From an uncultured Opitutia bacterium (GTDB taxonomy: Bacteria > Verrucomicrobiota > Verrucomicrobiia > Opitutales > CAJWYM01): DNA of 64,000 nucleotides. Each line of letters begins with the position of its first letter. Position 1 is the stretch's first letter. The translations under genes were made by a program, and so were the position numbers. Below are positions 50,394 through 60,150 of this stretch, piece by piece. Below the pieces are notes generated by a model that worked only from the letters and a program-made list of their open reading frames with translations, was not told where the DNA came from and searched no databases. The stretch is from NCBI GenBank assembly GCA_913049555.1, contig CAJWYM010000001.1, positions 52,882 to 116,881 of the forward strand, read 5' to 3'.

Positions 50394-50425
50394 AGGGCCT
50401 GCCCCATATAAAGGGGTAGGCCTTT
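50394..50425 (+). terminator. Hairpin terminator after fucI, between convergent genes
   Basis: GGCCTGCCCC-loop-GGGGTAGGCC followed by TTT; a second hairpin, ATGAGTAGC-tgta-GCTGCTCAT, sits at 50342-50363. Confidence 0.6.
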
Positions 50426-50613
50426 ACGAATCAATGGATTCAAAAAATAATTTAAAGTTTTAATTAATTATTTGAGCTAAAAGTTTACAAATGAACCCTT
50501 ATTTTTAATATGATATTCTTGAATGATTATAAACGAATCTCTCACACACTAACTTTACATTTAACAAACAATTTAGGGGATGAACTCATTCAGGAATTTT
50601 GAATGGATACAGA

Positions 50614-52062
50614 TTAATTTTTCTTAATACTTTTATTCCTTCTACCCATTGCATCGTAAGTGGCATATTTGTAGAGTTCTCCTAAAGTAGGATAATTGAA
50701 GCACATGTTGATAAAAACCTCATGGGTAGCATGAAGCATCAGAGCAGTGAGGCCAGTATGAACCAGCTCGGAAGCAATCTCTCCAACTACATGAACCCCA
50801 ATGAGACGGAGGGGATTTTTAGTTTCATCGTCATAGGTAAAAATAAGTTTAAGCAAGCCTTCTGTATCTCCTATAATTAAACCACGCGCGTTTTGATTGT
50901 AGTACGCTTTACCGATAACGTAAGGGATTTTTTCACGAATACAATCTTCTTCACTTTTGCCCGCTCCTGAGCATTCAGGAATCGTATAAATGCCTACGGG
51001 TAAGATCGGAGCCACTGTGCTTTTATAGCGGTCTAAGTTGAAAGCTTGTATCATTGCAAAGCGGGCTTGTTCCATTGAAGTAGAGGCTAATGCAGGAGCT
51101 CCAATAACATCTCCGCATGCATACACTCCTTGGACGAGCTCCTTGGTCTCTGGGTGGATTACTTGGTAGTTCTCATCGACAATCAAAAGACCATATTTTC
51201 CGGTTTGAATATTTGCAGATTCTAAATTCAGTTTGTCTGTGTTGCTATTCCTCCCTGTGGCGAGCATGACCGCATCGGTCTTGAAAAATTGGCCACTTTC
51301 CAAGCTGATTGTAATCCCCTCTTCTGTGGCTTTGCAGGATTCAACATTTTCGTTGTTGAGAATTTCTATCCCCATCTTAATCATGCTCTTTGTAAGTCTT
51401 TTACCAATATCCTTATCTAAAAAAGGCAACAACTCATCTCGACTGTTTATTAAATGCACTTCGACTCCTATTGCCCTAAATATACAGGCATATTCACAAC
51501 CAATAACCCCCCCACCAATCACAATCATATTCTGAGGGATTTTTTCTATTTCTAGGATTGTATCGGAATCATAGATGAACTTGCTCTTGGGGAAATTGTC
51601 AGGTCTTCTGGGTCTAGAGCCTGTGGCTACCAAAATTATATCCGCGGTTAAATCCATTCGATTGCCATCTTCTTGCAAAACCTGAACAGAATTTTTTCCA
51701 GTAAAGTTACCCAAGCCTCGGATCACATCCACTCCGTGACGAAGCATATTGGATTGGGCTCGGTCTTGCTCTGCTGATTTAACATTCTTCTCATGGTGAA
51801 GAAAATCTTGAACAGTGGCTTGTTTGTCTAATAAGAGATCTACTTTATGGAGCTTTCTTGCTTGGTATCCTGTCAATATTAGAGAAGTTTCTCTGAGGGT
51901 TTTACTTGGAACTGTGGTTCCAGCAGTGGCACCTCCTAGTTTTTTGGAGCTCTCAATCATTGCCACTTTTTTTCCAAAATAGGCAGCTTGGGCGGCCCCT
52001 TTTTCTCCAGCAGCTCCTCCGCCGATGACAATTAAATCATAGTGGGGGTTATTTCTATTCAT
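50614..52062 (-). CDS. sthA: Soluble pyridine nucleotide transhydrogenase
   Basis: GGGAAG FAD motif, PSKTLRE, IYDSDTIL, GGGVIGCEYA, GDVIGAPALASTSMEQAR, FNYPTL. Confidence 0.88.
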   Translation of the reverse strand: MNRNNPHYDLIVIGGGAAGEKGAAQAAYFGKKVAMIESSKKLGGATAGTTVPSKTLRETSLILTGYQARKLHKVDLLLDKQATVQDFLHHEKNVKSAEQDRAQSNMLRHGVDVIRGLGNFTGKNSVQVLQEDGNRMDLTADIILVATGSRPRRPDNFPKSKFIYDSDTILEIEKIPQNMIVIGGGVIGCEYACIFRAIGVEVHLINSRDELLPFLDKDIGKRLTKSMIKMGIEILNNENVESCKATEEGITISLESGQFFKTDAVMLATGRNSNTDKLNLESANIQTGKYGLLIVDENYQVIHPETKELVQGVYACGDVIGAPALASTSMEQARFAMIQAFNLDRYKSTVAPILPVGIYTIPECSGAGKSEEDCIREKIPYVIGKAYYNQNARGLIIGDTEGLLKLIFTYDDETKNPLRLIGVHVVGEIASELVHTGLTALMLHATHEVFINMCFNYPTLGELYKYATYDAMGRRNKSIKKN

Positions 52063-52093
52063 ACTGTTTGGAGAAGGAGTGGGTTCTAGGATT

Positions 52094-53062
52094 TTAGAAG
52101 GGAATATCTGAGACTAAGTCAGGAGAAGGTGCATTGTCAATTCTGGTATTTTCAGGAATTTTAAAACCCCTTAGAAAATCATTTGCCATCAGCATCTTTC
52201 CTCCGGGTTTTTGGAGTTTGTGAAAGATCAGGATTCCTTTGCCGGAGCTAATGTGAAGCCCTTGTTTGTCGGTGCTTAAAATGGTTCCCGGTTCTTGAGG
52301 AGCCTCGCATTCTTGGACGCTGGCCATACTTGTTTTAATAGACATTCCGTTGTAAACAAATTCACATTTTGGCCAGTGAGCAAAGGCTCGAATTTTGGCT
52401 GCCAGAAGTTTCGCAGGCATTTTGAAATCTAAACCTGCATCTAATTTTGTTAATTTCCGACAATAAGTTACTTGATCTTCATCTTGCTCAGTCAAATGGA
52501 TCTGTCTATTTTCAATCGCTCTCCAGTTTCTTTTCATTAGGGGAATACAGGCATGGGAGATTTTTTCGCGAACAGTCAAACCTGTATCTTCTGAAGAGAT
52601 AGAGACCGATTCCTGATCTATCAGGGGCCCAGAGTCCATCTTTTTAGTAATCCTCATCAAGGTCACTCCTGTTTTAGAATCTCCATTCGCAATCGAAGTC
52701 TCTATTGGTGAGGCCCCTCTGTATTTGGGTAATAAAGAGGCATGAATATTTAAAGTTTCTTTTTTTGCTGCATCCAATAAGTTTTGTTTAAGGAGGTGCC
52801 CGTAGGCCATGACTAAAGTGCAGTCAATCTGGTTTTCAACAATCCAATCTACATCCTCTTGGTCTGGCTTTTGAGGTTGTTTGATTGGAATCTGATGCTT
52901 TAAAGCCCAATCTTTAATAGCGTTGGGTTGGATCTTTTTACCTCTACCAGAGGCTCGATCTGGCTGGGTATAAATAGCAATAAGCTCTATAGATTCCTCC
53001 TTTAAAACTGAATCTAAGAGGGGGATTGAAATGGGGTCTGAGCCCATAAAAAGAAGTTTCAT
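52094..53062 (-). CDS. fmt: Methionyl-tRNA formyltransferase
   Basis: Start at 53062 (MKLLFMGS); TQPDRASGRG, MAYG, NIHASLLPKYRGASPI, MDSGP. Confidence 0.96.
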   Translation of the reverse strand: MKLLFMGSDPISIPLLDSVLKEESIELIAIYTQPDRASGRGKKIQPNAIKDWALKHQIPIKQPQKPDQEDVDWIVENQIDCTLVMAYGHLLKQNLLDAAKKETLNIHASLLPKYRGASPIETSIANGDSKTGVTLMRITKKMDSGPLIDQESVSISSEDTGLTVREKISHACIPLMKRNWRAIENRQIHLTEQDEDQVTYCRKLTKLDAGLDFKMPAKLLAAKIRAFAHWPKCEFVYNGMSIKTSMASVQECEAPQEPGTILSTDKQGLHISSGKGILIFHKLQKPGGKMLMANDFLRGFKIPENTRIDNAPSPDLVSDIPF

Positions 53063-53153
53063 TTTATTAGAATAAAGAGTGGTTGAATTGTATTGAAATA
53101 GATGGATTGAGGAGAGAGACCTCAAATGATTGAGAGCGAATTATAAGTGTCAG

Positions 53154-54110
53154 TTATCCATTGGAAGCCAAGCGTATTCCAAAGTGCAACCAAGCAGGTG
53201 CAGTGATAAGACTGAAAGCGGTGGTTGCTACTACTATTTGAAAAGACAAGGAACTGTCGGAACTGTAATGCTTCGCAATGACAATTGGAAAAATTCCACA
53301 GGGCATGGCTGCTTGCAGGAGCAAAACATTTTGAAGTTCATTGCCTACAGGAAAAAATAAAGCAAAACTAATAAATAATACAGGGAAGACTCCGCATCTT
53401 AGGATGACGCTCCAAATGCAGGGTTTGATTCGGATGCTGTTGAGTGTGTTTTTACCTAAATCATAAAGAGTAGCACCAATAGCCAGTAAACCGATTGGAA
53501 TTGAGCTAGCTCCAAGAAGGTCGATCGATGTTAAAAGGGGTTGAGGAATGTATTCTTGGGTTTGAGTGATCACAATTGGAATGGCAATCAATAAGGTAAT
53601 TAAGGGTGGATTTATAAACTGTTTCCAAGCTTTTTCCTCTCGTTTTCCCGTCAAAATAAAGATTCCAATACTCCAAATTGCCAGCTCAACGCCCACACAA
53701 AAAGTCATCAATACGGCAAGGGTATTGGTGTCAAACAGTGCAATGCATATTGGAATGGGAATATAACTGAAATTGAATATACCCGTAGTAAATGCAAAGG
53801 CTCTATGAGGCGTTTCTTGCTTGAATGCTTTTTTCAGTAAGAGATAACTTAAAAGCACTCCAATTGCTACACACAAAAATCCAAAAAGAGGAGCCAAAAA
53901 TAAGTTTTTGAAATCCTTAAGAGCGTTGCTAGAGAGGGTGGTATCTAAAAGCAAACATGGGTAGAGTAGATATATGACCAACTTGGGCAAGTGAGTCGTT
54001 GTGGACTGATTGATTAGACTTCCAGCACGAACAAATACTCCAATCAAAAGAATGAGTAGAACCGGAAATACCAATGAAATGAGTTCTCCGTAAGAGGGGA
54101 TTTGAGTCAT
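53154..54110 (-). CDS. AEC (auxin efflux carrier) family transporter
   Basis: About 10 TM helices; [19 protein letters not shown] motifs. Confidence 0.88.
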   Translation of the reverse strand: MTQIPSYGELISLVFPVLLILLIGVFVRAGSLINQSTTTHLPKLVIYLLYPCLLLDTTLSSNALKDFKNLFLAPLFGFLCVAIGVLLSYLLLKKAFKQETPHRAFAFTTGIFNFSYIPIPICIALFDTNTLAVLMTFCVGVELAIWSIGIFILTGKREEKAWKQFINPPLITLLIAIPIVITQTQEYIPQPLLTSIDLLGASSIPIGLLAIGATLYDLGKNTLNSIRIKPCIWSVILRCGVFPVLFISFALFFPVGNELQNVLLLQAAMPCGIFPIVIAKHYSSDSSLSFQIVVATTAFSLITAPAWLHFGIRLASNG

Positions 54111-55369
54111 TTATACAACCAATATCTCTTGCTGAAGGCTTGGAAATCCTGTGAGGATTTCTTCCAAGTCTTTAAAAATGAGTTCACATTTGCTTTGGCT
54201 CCCAAAGTAGAAATCTCATTCCACCATGCAGTGGAACCCACATGTTTGTTGTAAAGAGTTCTTTGGTTCTCTTTGAGGTTCGCAAATGGATTTTTTGCTG
54301 AAAATTGACAAGCCAACTGCATCATATGAAAACTGATCTCAGTAGGATTAAAATTCTTCCAGTCATTAATTCTTACGTACACTCCAGAGGTCCTCGCTTT
54401 GTTATTGCCAGATATATTCTGAACTTTGAATGAAATTCCTGGAATGGATTTTCTTTGCAATATTTTTTGAAGTTTGTCCGGATGAATCCCTTTGAAGCTC
54501 AACAGTCGGAAAGGATAAGGAGTTCCAATTCCATGTTTAAAGCCACCAATTTGAGCTCCAAGTCCCGTCATGCTATATCCTGCTACGGAGGATAGATCTC
54601 GTATGTATGGCGAAGTTGGAATCCATTTTAGTCCAGTATCAGGCCACCTCATTTCTCTTTTCCAGCCTTTCATGGGCACGATTGCCAAGTTTCCTTTTTT
54701 CCGGATAGAGTCCTCAATCTTTAGCCAACCGGGAACTTCTTTGCACATTCTTGCAATCTCACCAATAGTGAGGCCATGAACATACGGGGTTTGAAAAGCT
54801 CCAACATAACTCATCCACTCTGAATCCATTTGCGGACCATCCACCTTCAATCCACCAAGTGGATTGGGGCGGTCCAGAACAATCACTTCAATCTTATTTT
54901 CAAAACAAGCTTCAATTGCGTATCTCATGCAGCTGATGTAAGTGTAGGATCGAACACCCACTCCTTGAAGGTCAATGACTAGCGTGTCTATATTAGCCAA
55001 CATTTGTGGTGTTGGTTTGCGAAATTTACCATACAGTGAGTAGACCGGCAAACCAGTAAAAGGGTCTTTTTTATCCCCGATTTGGATGTTTGCTTTTTCA
55101 TTCCCATAAATTCCGTGTTCTGGGCCATACAATGCAACTAAGTAAAAGAGTTTGGAACTTCTCAAAACTTCTATTGTAGATTTACCCATTCTATTCACTC
55201 CTGCTGGATGGGTGAGCAATCCTACCTTCTTCCCTCGAAGGGGTTCAAAATTCATCCCCTCTAGGACATCAATCCCTAAAAAGATTCTTTCACTAGTTGG
55301 TTCTGCAAAAGAAAGGTTGAAGAGTGTGAAAATTAAAGAGAGCAGGACGGTGAAACGTTTTATTTTCAT
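54107..55369 (-). CDS. DUF1343 / NamZ-like exo-beta-N-acetylmuramidase (GH171)
   Basis: Signal peptide; [44 protein letters not shown]. Confidence 0.9.
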   Translation of the reverse strand: MKIKRFTVLLSLIFTLFNLSFAEPTSERIFLGIDVLEGMNFEPLRGKKVGLLTHPAGVNRMGKSTIEVLRSSKLFYLVALYGPEHGIYGNEKANIQIGDKKDPFTGLPVYSLYGKFRKPTPQMLANIDTLVIDLQGVGVRSYTYISCMRYAIEACFENKIEVIVLDRPNPLGGLKVDGPQMDSEWMSYVGAFQTPYVHGLTIGEIARMCKEVPGWLKIEDSIRKKGNLAIVPMKGWKREMRWPDTGLKWIPTSPYIRDLSSVAGYSMTGLGAQIGGFKHGIGTPYPFRLLSFKGIHPDKLQKILQRKSIPGISFKVQNISGNNKARTSGVYVRINDWKNFNPTEISFHMMQLACQFSAKNPFANLKENQRTLYNKHVGSTAWWNEISTLGAKANVNSFLKTWKKSSQDFQAFSKRYWLYK

Positions 55370-55526
55370 AGAGAAATAGATTCTAGTATTTAAAGGATGG
55401 TGTCAATCGGTCATCTATCTGAGATGCATGCCTTTCAAAGAATAAAGAGAATTTGTGAACATTGATTTCGAGAAGAGAATATTTTTAATGTTTTTTAAAA
55501 AATCGAGAGATGGATCTGTGGACTTT

Positions 55527-56198
55527 CTAATTTTTTAACTTATAAAGAACTGGCACGTTGAACATTGTTTTTACTGTTTTTCCAGCTTTTTTAGGTGGAG
55601 TATATATAGAAGACTCTGCCCATTTTTTGGCGGCATCCACAAAACGCTTGTCTGAAAATTCTAAAACATCGATCACAGTCAATTTCCCTTTTTTATCTAT
55701 CTCCACTTTGAGAAGAACTCTTGCCTCTATCTTTTGTCTTTTTAGTTTTCGAGGATAGTTATTAGGTCCTTGCTTGATCAGTCTAGGGTTTTCATCGAGT
55801 TGATGGAGTTCAAAAGTGAAATCTTCAAGATTGGGGTCTCTAAGTTTGAATTTATTGATTCCAAGATCGCTGGATTCAAAACTTGGATTTACGTCTAGTT
55901 TTACATGAACCGTATCTAACTCGAAACTTGGAACATTGGTAGTAACAGGAGGCATTTTTAGAAGAATTGCAGGCAATTCCTCTAAAGGCTTTATTTGAAT
56001 GGGTTTTGTCGGGATTTCTTCAAGGAATTCAACGGGACGGACGGTCAATGTTTCTGGTTTCCGCTTTAATTCCATAACAATAGGAAAAGTAATTAAAAGT
56101 ACCGCACTGGTTAAAAGGCCAAAAAAAATCGAGCTTAAAGAGGTCTTTCTTTGCTTACTGTCCAAATGAAACTTGTATTTGTCTTTTCCAGATTTCAA
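55527..56198 (-). CDS. Energy transducer TonB-family protein
   Basis: N-terminal TM helix, Pro-containing linker, C-domain YPRKLKRQKIEARV...IDKKG...PPKKAGKTV. Confidence 0.85.
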   Translation of the reverse strand: MKSGKDKYKFHLDSKQRKTSLSSIFFGLLTSAVLLITFPIVMELKRKPETLTVRPVEFLEEIPTKPIQIKPLEELPAILLKMPPVTTNVPSFELDTVHVKLDVNPSFESSDLGINKFKLRDPNLEDFTFELHQLDENPRLIKQGPNNYPRKLKRQKIEARVLLKVEIDKKGKLTVIDVLEFSDKRFVDAAKKWAESSIYTPPKKAGKTVKTMFNVPVLYKLKN

Positions 56199-56314
56199 GG
56201 ATTGTCCTCTATGAGAAGCTAAATATTAGAATAAATAGAAAATGTATCTGTTAGGTGTAAGGGAAGCACGGATACAATTACGAAAAGATTCAATCAAGTG
56301 AAAACTAAAATGGA

Positions 56315-57136
56315 CTACAAGGAAGGATTTTTGGGTTCGGGCCTCATACTCAATCGAACGACTTCATTGTCGAAATAATTAAAATCCATGCCCGCGTTTA
56401 CAACAATTCCCTGCCCATTGATTCCGCTAGATCTGGAGCTGAGCAAATAAACGGCCGTGTCAGCAACTTCTTGTGTTTTCAGAGCCGATTTTCGAAGAGT
56501 GAGTTTCTCTGCATAGAGATAGCTCTCCAAATATCCTGGAATTCCAGCGGAGGCACTTGTTTTTAATGGGCCTGCGTTCACGGTATTGAATCGAACCTGA
56601 GTATCGGAACTGAAGGATTTGGCCAAATAACGGGTGGAAGCTTCCAAGGATGCTTTGATCGGCGCCATATAGCCATAATTTTCGGCAGTTACATAGGTGG
56701 ATGAAATTCCAATGGAGACAACAGAACCATCTTTCGATAACAATGATTTAAAATATTTGGCAATTTCAACTAGAGAAAAACTTGAGATTGCTGTCGCTTG
56801 GAGAAAGTCTTTTTTCAAGGTCTCATGAAAGGGTTTGAGCCCTTCTGAATAATTTGCAAATGCAATTGAATGTACAATGCCATCAATTTTTGGGTGCTTT
56901 TCTTGAACTTTTTTTGCTAAATTCTCAATTTGATCAGAGCACTCTACATCACAAATATAAACCTCTCGATCCCCTAATAATTTTTTTAAGCTTTCTTTTC
57001 TACTTTCCGATCGGACGCTGAACAAGATCTTGGCCCCTTCGGATTCCAAAGTTTTAGCAATAGCCCATGCGACACTTTTCTTATTGGCGACTCCAAAAAT
57101 AAGAAAAGTTTTATTCTCTACGTTTAAGAAGTTCAT
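56315..57136 (-). CDS. fabI: Enoyl-ACP reductase
   Basis: GVANKKSVAW, VHSIAFA, Y-x6-K (YGYMAPIK), AGPLKTSASAGI. Confidence 0.85.
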   Translation of the reverse strand: MNFLNVENKTFLIFGVANKKSVAWAIAKTLESEGAKILFSVRSESRKESLKKLLGDREVYICDVECSDQIENLAKKVQEKHPKIDGIVHSIAFANYSEGLKPFHETLKKDFLQATAISSFSLVEIAKYFKSLLSKDGSVVSIGISSTYVTAENYGYMAPIKASLEASTRYLAKSFSSDTQVRFNTVNAGPLKTSASAGIPGYLESYLYAEKLTLRKSALKTQEVADTAVYLLSSRSSGINGQGIVVNAGMDFNYFDNEVVRLSMRPEPKNPSL

Positions 57137-57139
57137 TTC

Positions 57140-57586
57140 TTATTCCTTAGGGATCATCGCCAAAGCGAATGATAGGGTGAGGACTGTTTTGCCCTGCTTT
57201 CTAATAATCCCTTTCATAAAATAAAATTGCTGGACAATTTTATCTAAAGTGGCCTCTATTTCAACAACATCTCCGGGTAGGACCATATTTTTAAATCTGG
57301 CATCCTGAATTCGAGATAGAATGGGGGTGCGCTCCTCAGTGTTGGTCAATTCGGTTTCCAACTTTTTAGATAAGAAAATGGCACCGGTTTGGAAAACTGC
57401 CTCGCACAACAAAACTCCAGGCATGATTGGATTGTTTGGATAATGACCTATGAATTGGGGTTCTTCTAGTCTGATTTCTCTTCTAGTTTTTGCGGAATTA
57501 GAATTGATTTCAAGGATCTCATCTATAAATAAGAATGGAGGTCTGTGAGGGATCTTTTTAAAGATGGGTTCTAGTTTTTGATTCAT
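57140..57586 (-). CDS. fabZ: 3-hydroxyacyl-ACP dehydratase, FabZ family
   Basis: IPHRPPFLFID, GHYPNNPIMPGVLLCEA, ARFKNMVLPGD. Confidence 0.85.
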   Translation of the reverse strand: MNQKLEPIFKKIPHRPPFLFIDEILEINSNSAKTRREIRLEEPQFIGHYPNNPIMPGVLLCEAVFQTGAIFLSKKLETELTNTEERTPILSRIQDARFKNMVLPGDVVEIEATLDKIVQQFYFMKGIIRKQGKTVLTLSFALAMIPKE

Positions 57587-57695
57587 AAAAACCATTTGTA
57601 ATTATTTGTCTGTTAATTGCAAAGATAAATCTTCTTTAATTATAGTTTGTAAAGATCCTTTAAATTAGTAAGGTTAAAATATAAAATCTAGAAAC

Positions 57696-58037
57696 ATGTC
57701 CATAAATAAAAGAGTTGAAGACCGCTTGGTGCCTTTAGAGGTTGTGGTTGTCCGAGATGAATCATCCAACGCGGAGGTTGGGCGAGTTTTGGACTATTCT
57801 GTCAATGGTTTCATGCTTTCCACGCATTTAAAACTGAAAAATGAAGAAGAATACAGGTATTCTTTTAGTTTAAAAAATGGCGATTCTTTTGAAAAGTTAC
57901 TCACATTCAGAACTCAATGTCGTTGGAAAAGATTGGATCCATCTACGGGTTTGATGATTGCTGGTTTTAAAATTTTACACCGAGGTGAAGATAAAATTGC
58001 ACTCATTAAAGCTCTAATCCATCGAAATTCAAAATAG
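57696..58037 (+). CDS. Stand-alone PilZ-domain protein
   Basis: RxxxR (RVEDR) and DxSxxG (DYSVNG) motifs; CRW...AGF beta-barrel pattern. Confidence 0.8.
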   Translation: MSINKRVEDRLVPLEVVVVRDESSNAEVGRVLDYSVNGFMLSTHLKLKNEEEYRYSFSLKNGDSFEKLLTFRTQCRWKRLDPSTGLMIAGFKILHRGEDKIALIKALIHRNSK

Positions 58038-58043
58038 AATTAA

Positions 58044-58598
58044 ATGCCAATTATCAGACTTTTAACCTTATTTTTTGTTCACTTTTTAATCCTAGGTTGT
58101 TTTCAAGAGAAAACCAGCACTCAAACAGAAAAAAAAGAGGTCAACCAAACCACTGCAATACCTCAAGAATCTCTCTACAATGAAGATTTGTATGTTGAGG
58201 AGGTTCCACTTGTTTTCCCCCCACCTGTTTATCCTGCTTTGCCAGTTTCCGAAGATTTAATTCCTACAATTACTTCGGATACAATTGATTTAATAGATAT
58301 AAAAAACAGAACTGTGAGTGCGGAACTTTTGATGCTCAAAAACGATCTGGGTTCCTACACAGTATCATTTTTAAGAAGCTCCGACCAAAAAGAGTTTACG
58401 CTAGATTTACGAACGTTGAGTGAGGAGTCTCAACAAATCGTGTTCGCTTGGGACAAGTATTTCAAATACTTAGAAGAAAAGAAAGTCATCTTAGCTGCTT
58501 GGGAAGAGAAAAGAGATAATTTTTACGAAGAGCATGAATCAGGGGGGTCAACCACTGCGAATCAGATATTCGATTCATTAAGTACGATCGGTCAATAA
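58044..58598 (+). CDS. Hypothetical lipoprotein with an SHD1-like module
   Basis: Lipobox ILGC; DIKNRTVSAELL...VSFLRSSDQKEFTLDLRTLSEESQQIV resembles the SLA1-homology-domain-1 pattern common in PVC proteins. Confidence 0.55.
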   Translation: MPIIRLLTLFFVHFLILGCFQEKTSTQTEKKEVNQTTAIPQESLYNEDLYVEEVPLVFPPPVYPALPVSEDLIPTITSDTIDLIDIKNRTVSAELLMLKNDLGSYTVSFLRSSDQKEFTLDLRTLSEESQQIVFAWDKYFKYLEEKKVILAAWEEKRDNFYEEHESGGSTTANQIFDSLSTIGQ

Positions 58599-58696
58599 CC
58601 CATTTTTGATGGGTATTCCTATACCAAATAAGAGCCATGTGACAACTTTTGTTGCGGAATGGGCTCAATCAATCCAAAAGATAGATAAAAAATATT

Positions 58697-60148
58697 ATGT
58701 CAGACAATAACGCTGAAAAGAAAACGCCAAGGGGCAGTAAAATGAATTCCCGTTCGGGAAGAAAACCTAGCTTATCCCGCTCATTTGATAACCACCAATC
58801 AACCAATTCTGAAACTTCCAAGACTGGTAGAATTGGCATCATTCAACCCTTGTCCTCTGGAGCCCATTTAGATTCATTGCCCCATAGGAAAAATTCGGAC
58901 ACAGATCCATTGGTTTCTAGGAATTCTCAAAGAAATCCTAAAAGCAAGCAACCCGCTAAAAGCAATAAAAGAGCACCCAGAAAAACCACTCAAGGCTCTA
59001 AAATTACTGATGGTTTTTTGGAAGCAGATCATTCAAAGCGCAATGGTGAGGTGAAAGAATCTCAGGAGAAATCTCAAGAGGCCTCCACTAAATCGATCCT
59101 AACAGAGGATTCTAATCGTGAGGGAGTGATCCTTGAAAACTTAGAAGTTCCGGTAGCCGAAGAAAACGGAGTGTCCGAGGGAGCGATTCAAGAAATTGCC
59201 CCCAAATCTATGGACCCTTCCTCAAATCCATCGCATTCCATCCAAAAGCAAAAAAATGAGGAAATTAAGGAAGAGCTTTCACGAAGCAATGAAAAAGACT
59301 TACAACCCGAGACCGAAGTAAAGGAATCTCAGCCAACCTCAAAGGTTTTTGTGGACTCTAATACCGAAACGGGAATGGAACTTAAAAAGGAAGTTTCTGA
59401 AGAATCCATCAAAGAAGAGGCACCAAAGCCTTTAACAGAATCTGATGGATCTAAGCTTAAAGAAAAAAACGAGGAGGAGGATGAAGTCGTTCTATCAAAC
59501 AGTCCTTATTCTGAAAAACAAAAAAAATCGGCCAATGATGAATTGGCAGTTGTGGAGTTGATCGGCGAGCGAGCCAAGAGTTTCAAAAGAAAGCATGCAA
59601 ACCGCGAAACCAAAGATTCGAACGAAAATCAGCCTAAAAGAGAAAGAACTTCCAACAATAGAACTAAAAACAGTCGGTCTAGAAAAAAAGTGGAAGCCCA
59701 AGGTGAAAACAAATCGTTGGTGATAGAAGAGGGGGAGGGAGTCCAGCAAAACAATTCAACGGATTGGCAACCGGACAAAGATAGAGCAGTCCAGAGGCCA
59801 AGAAATGAATTTAGACCTACCCGAGCCAAACAAGACCCGCCTTTAGGATTTTTTGGTAAGATTCGTCAATTTTTAGAATCCTTTTTTATAGAGCCCAGAG
59901 GCAATGATCTGAACCCTAAAAAAAGAAGAAATAGGAAACGCAATAACAAATCGAGTGGTCATTCTAAAAATTCAGACTCCTTTGATAAAAAATCGAATCC
60001 TAATCGAGAATCTGGAGGAAGAGGTAAGGGCAACTACAACAAAAACAGACGCCCTAAAAATCAGAACAATCAAAATCGTCAACGTAAGAGGCACAATACC
60101 CAAAGGAAAAACACTCCTCAACAAAATCCTAAATCAGACGAAAATTAA
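58697..60148 (+). CDS. Low-complexity, probably disordered protein with one amphipathic helix
   Basis: 483-aa ORF rich in S/K/E/N/R/Q; single hydrophobic segment LGFFGKIRQFLESFF; stop lies 2 nt before murA. Confidence 0.75.
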   Translation: MSDNNAEKKTPRGSKMNSRSGRKPSLSRSFDNHQSTNSETSKTGRIGIIQPLSSGAHLDSLPHRKNSDTDPLVSRNSQRNPKSKQPAKSNKRAPRKTTQGSKITDGFLEADHSKRNGEVKESQEKSQEASTKSILTEDSNREGVILENLEVPVAEENGVSEGAIQEIAPKSMDPSSNPSHSIQKQKNEEIKEELSRSNEKDLQPETEVKESQPTSKVFVDSNTETGMELKKEVSEESIKEEAPKPLTESDGSKLKEKNEEEDEVVLSNSPYSEKQKKSANDELAVVELIGERAKSFKRKHANRETKDSNENQPKRERTSNNRTKNSRSRKKVEAQGENKSLVIEEGEGVQQNNSTDWQPDKDRAVQRPRNEFRPTRAKQDPPLGFFGKIRQFLESFFIEPRGNDLNPKKRRNRKRNNKSSGHSKNSDSFDKKSNPNRESGGRGKGNYNKNRRPKNQNNQNRQRKRHNTQRKNTPQQNPKSDEN

Positions 60149-60150
60149 GA

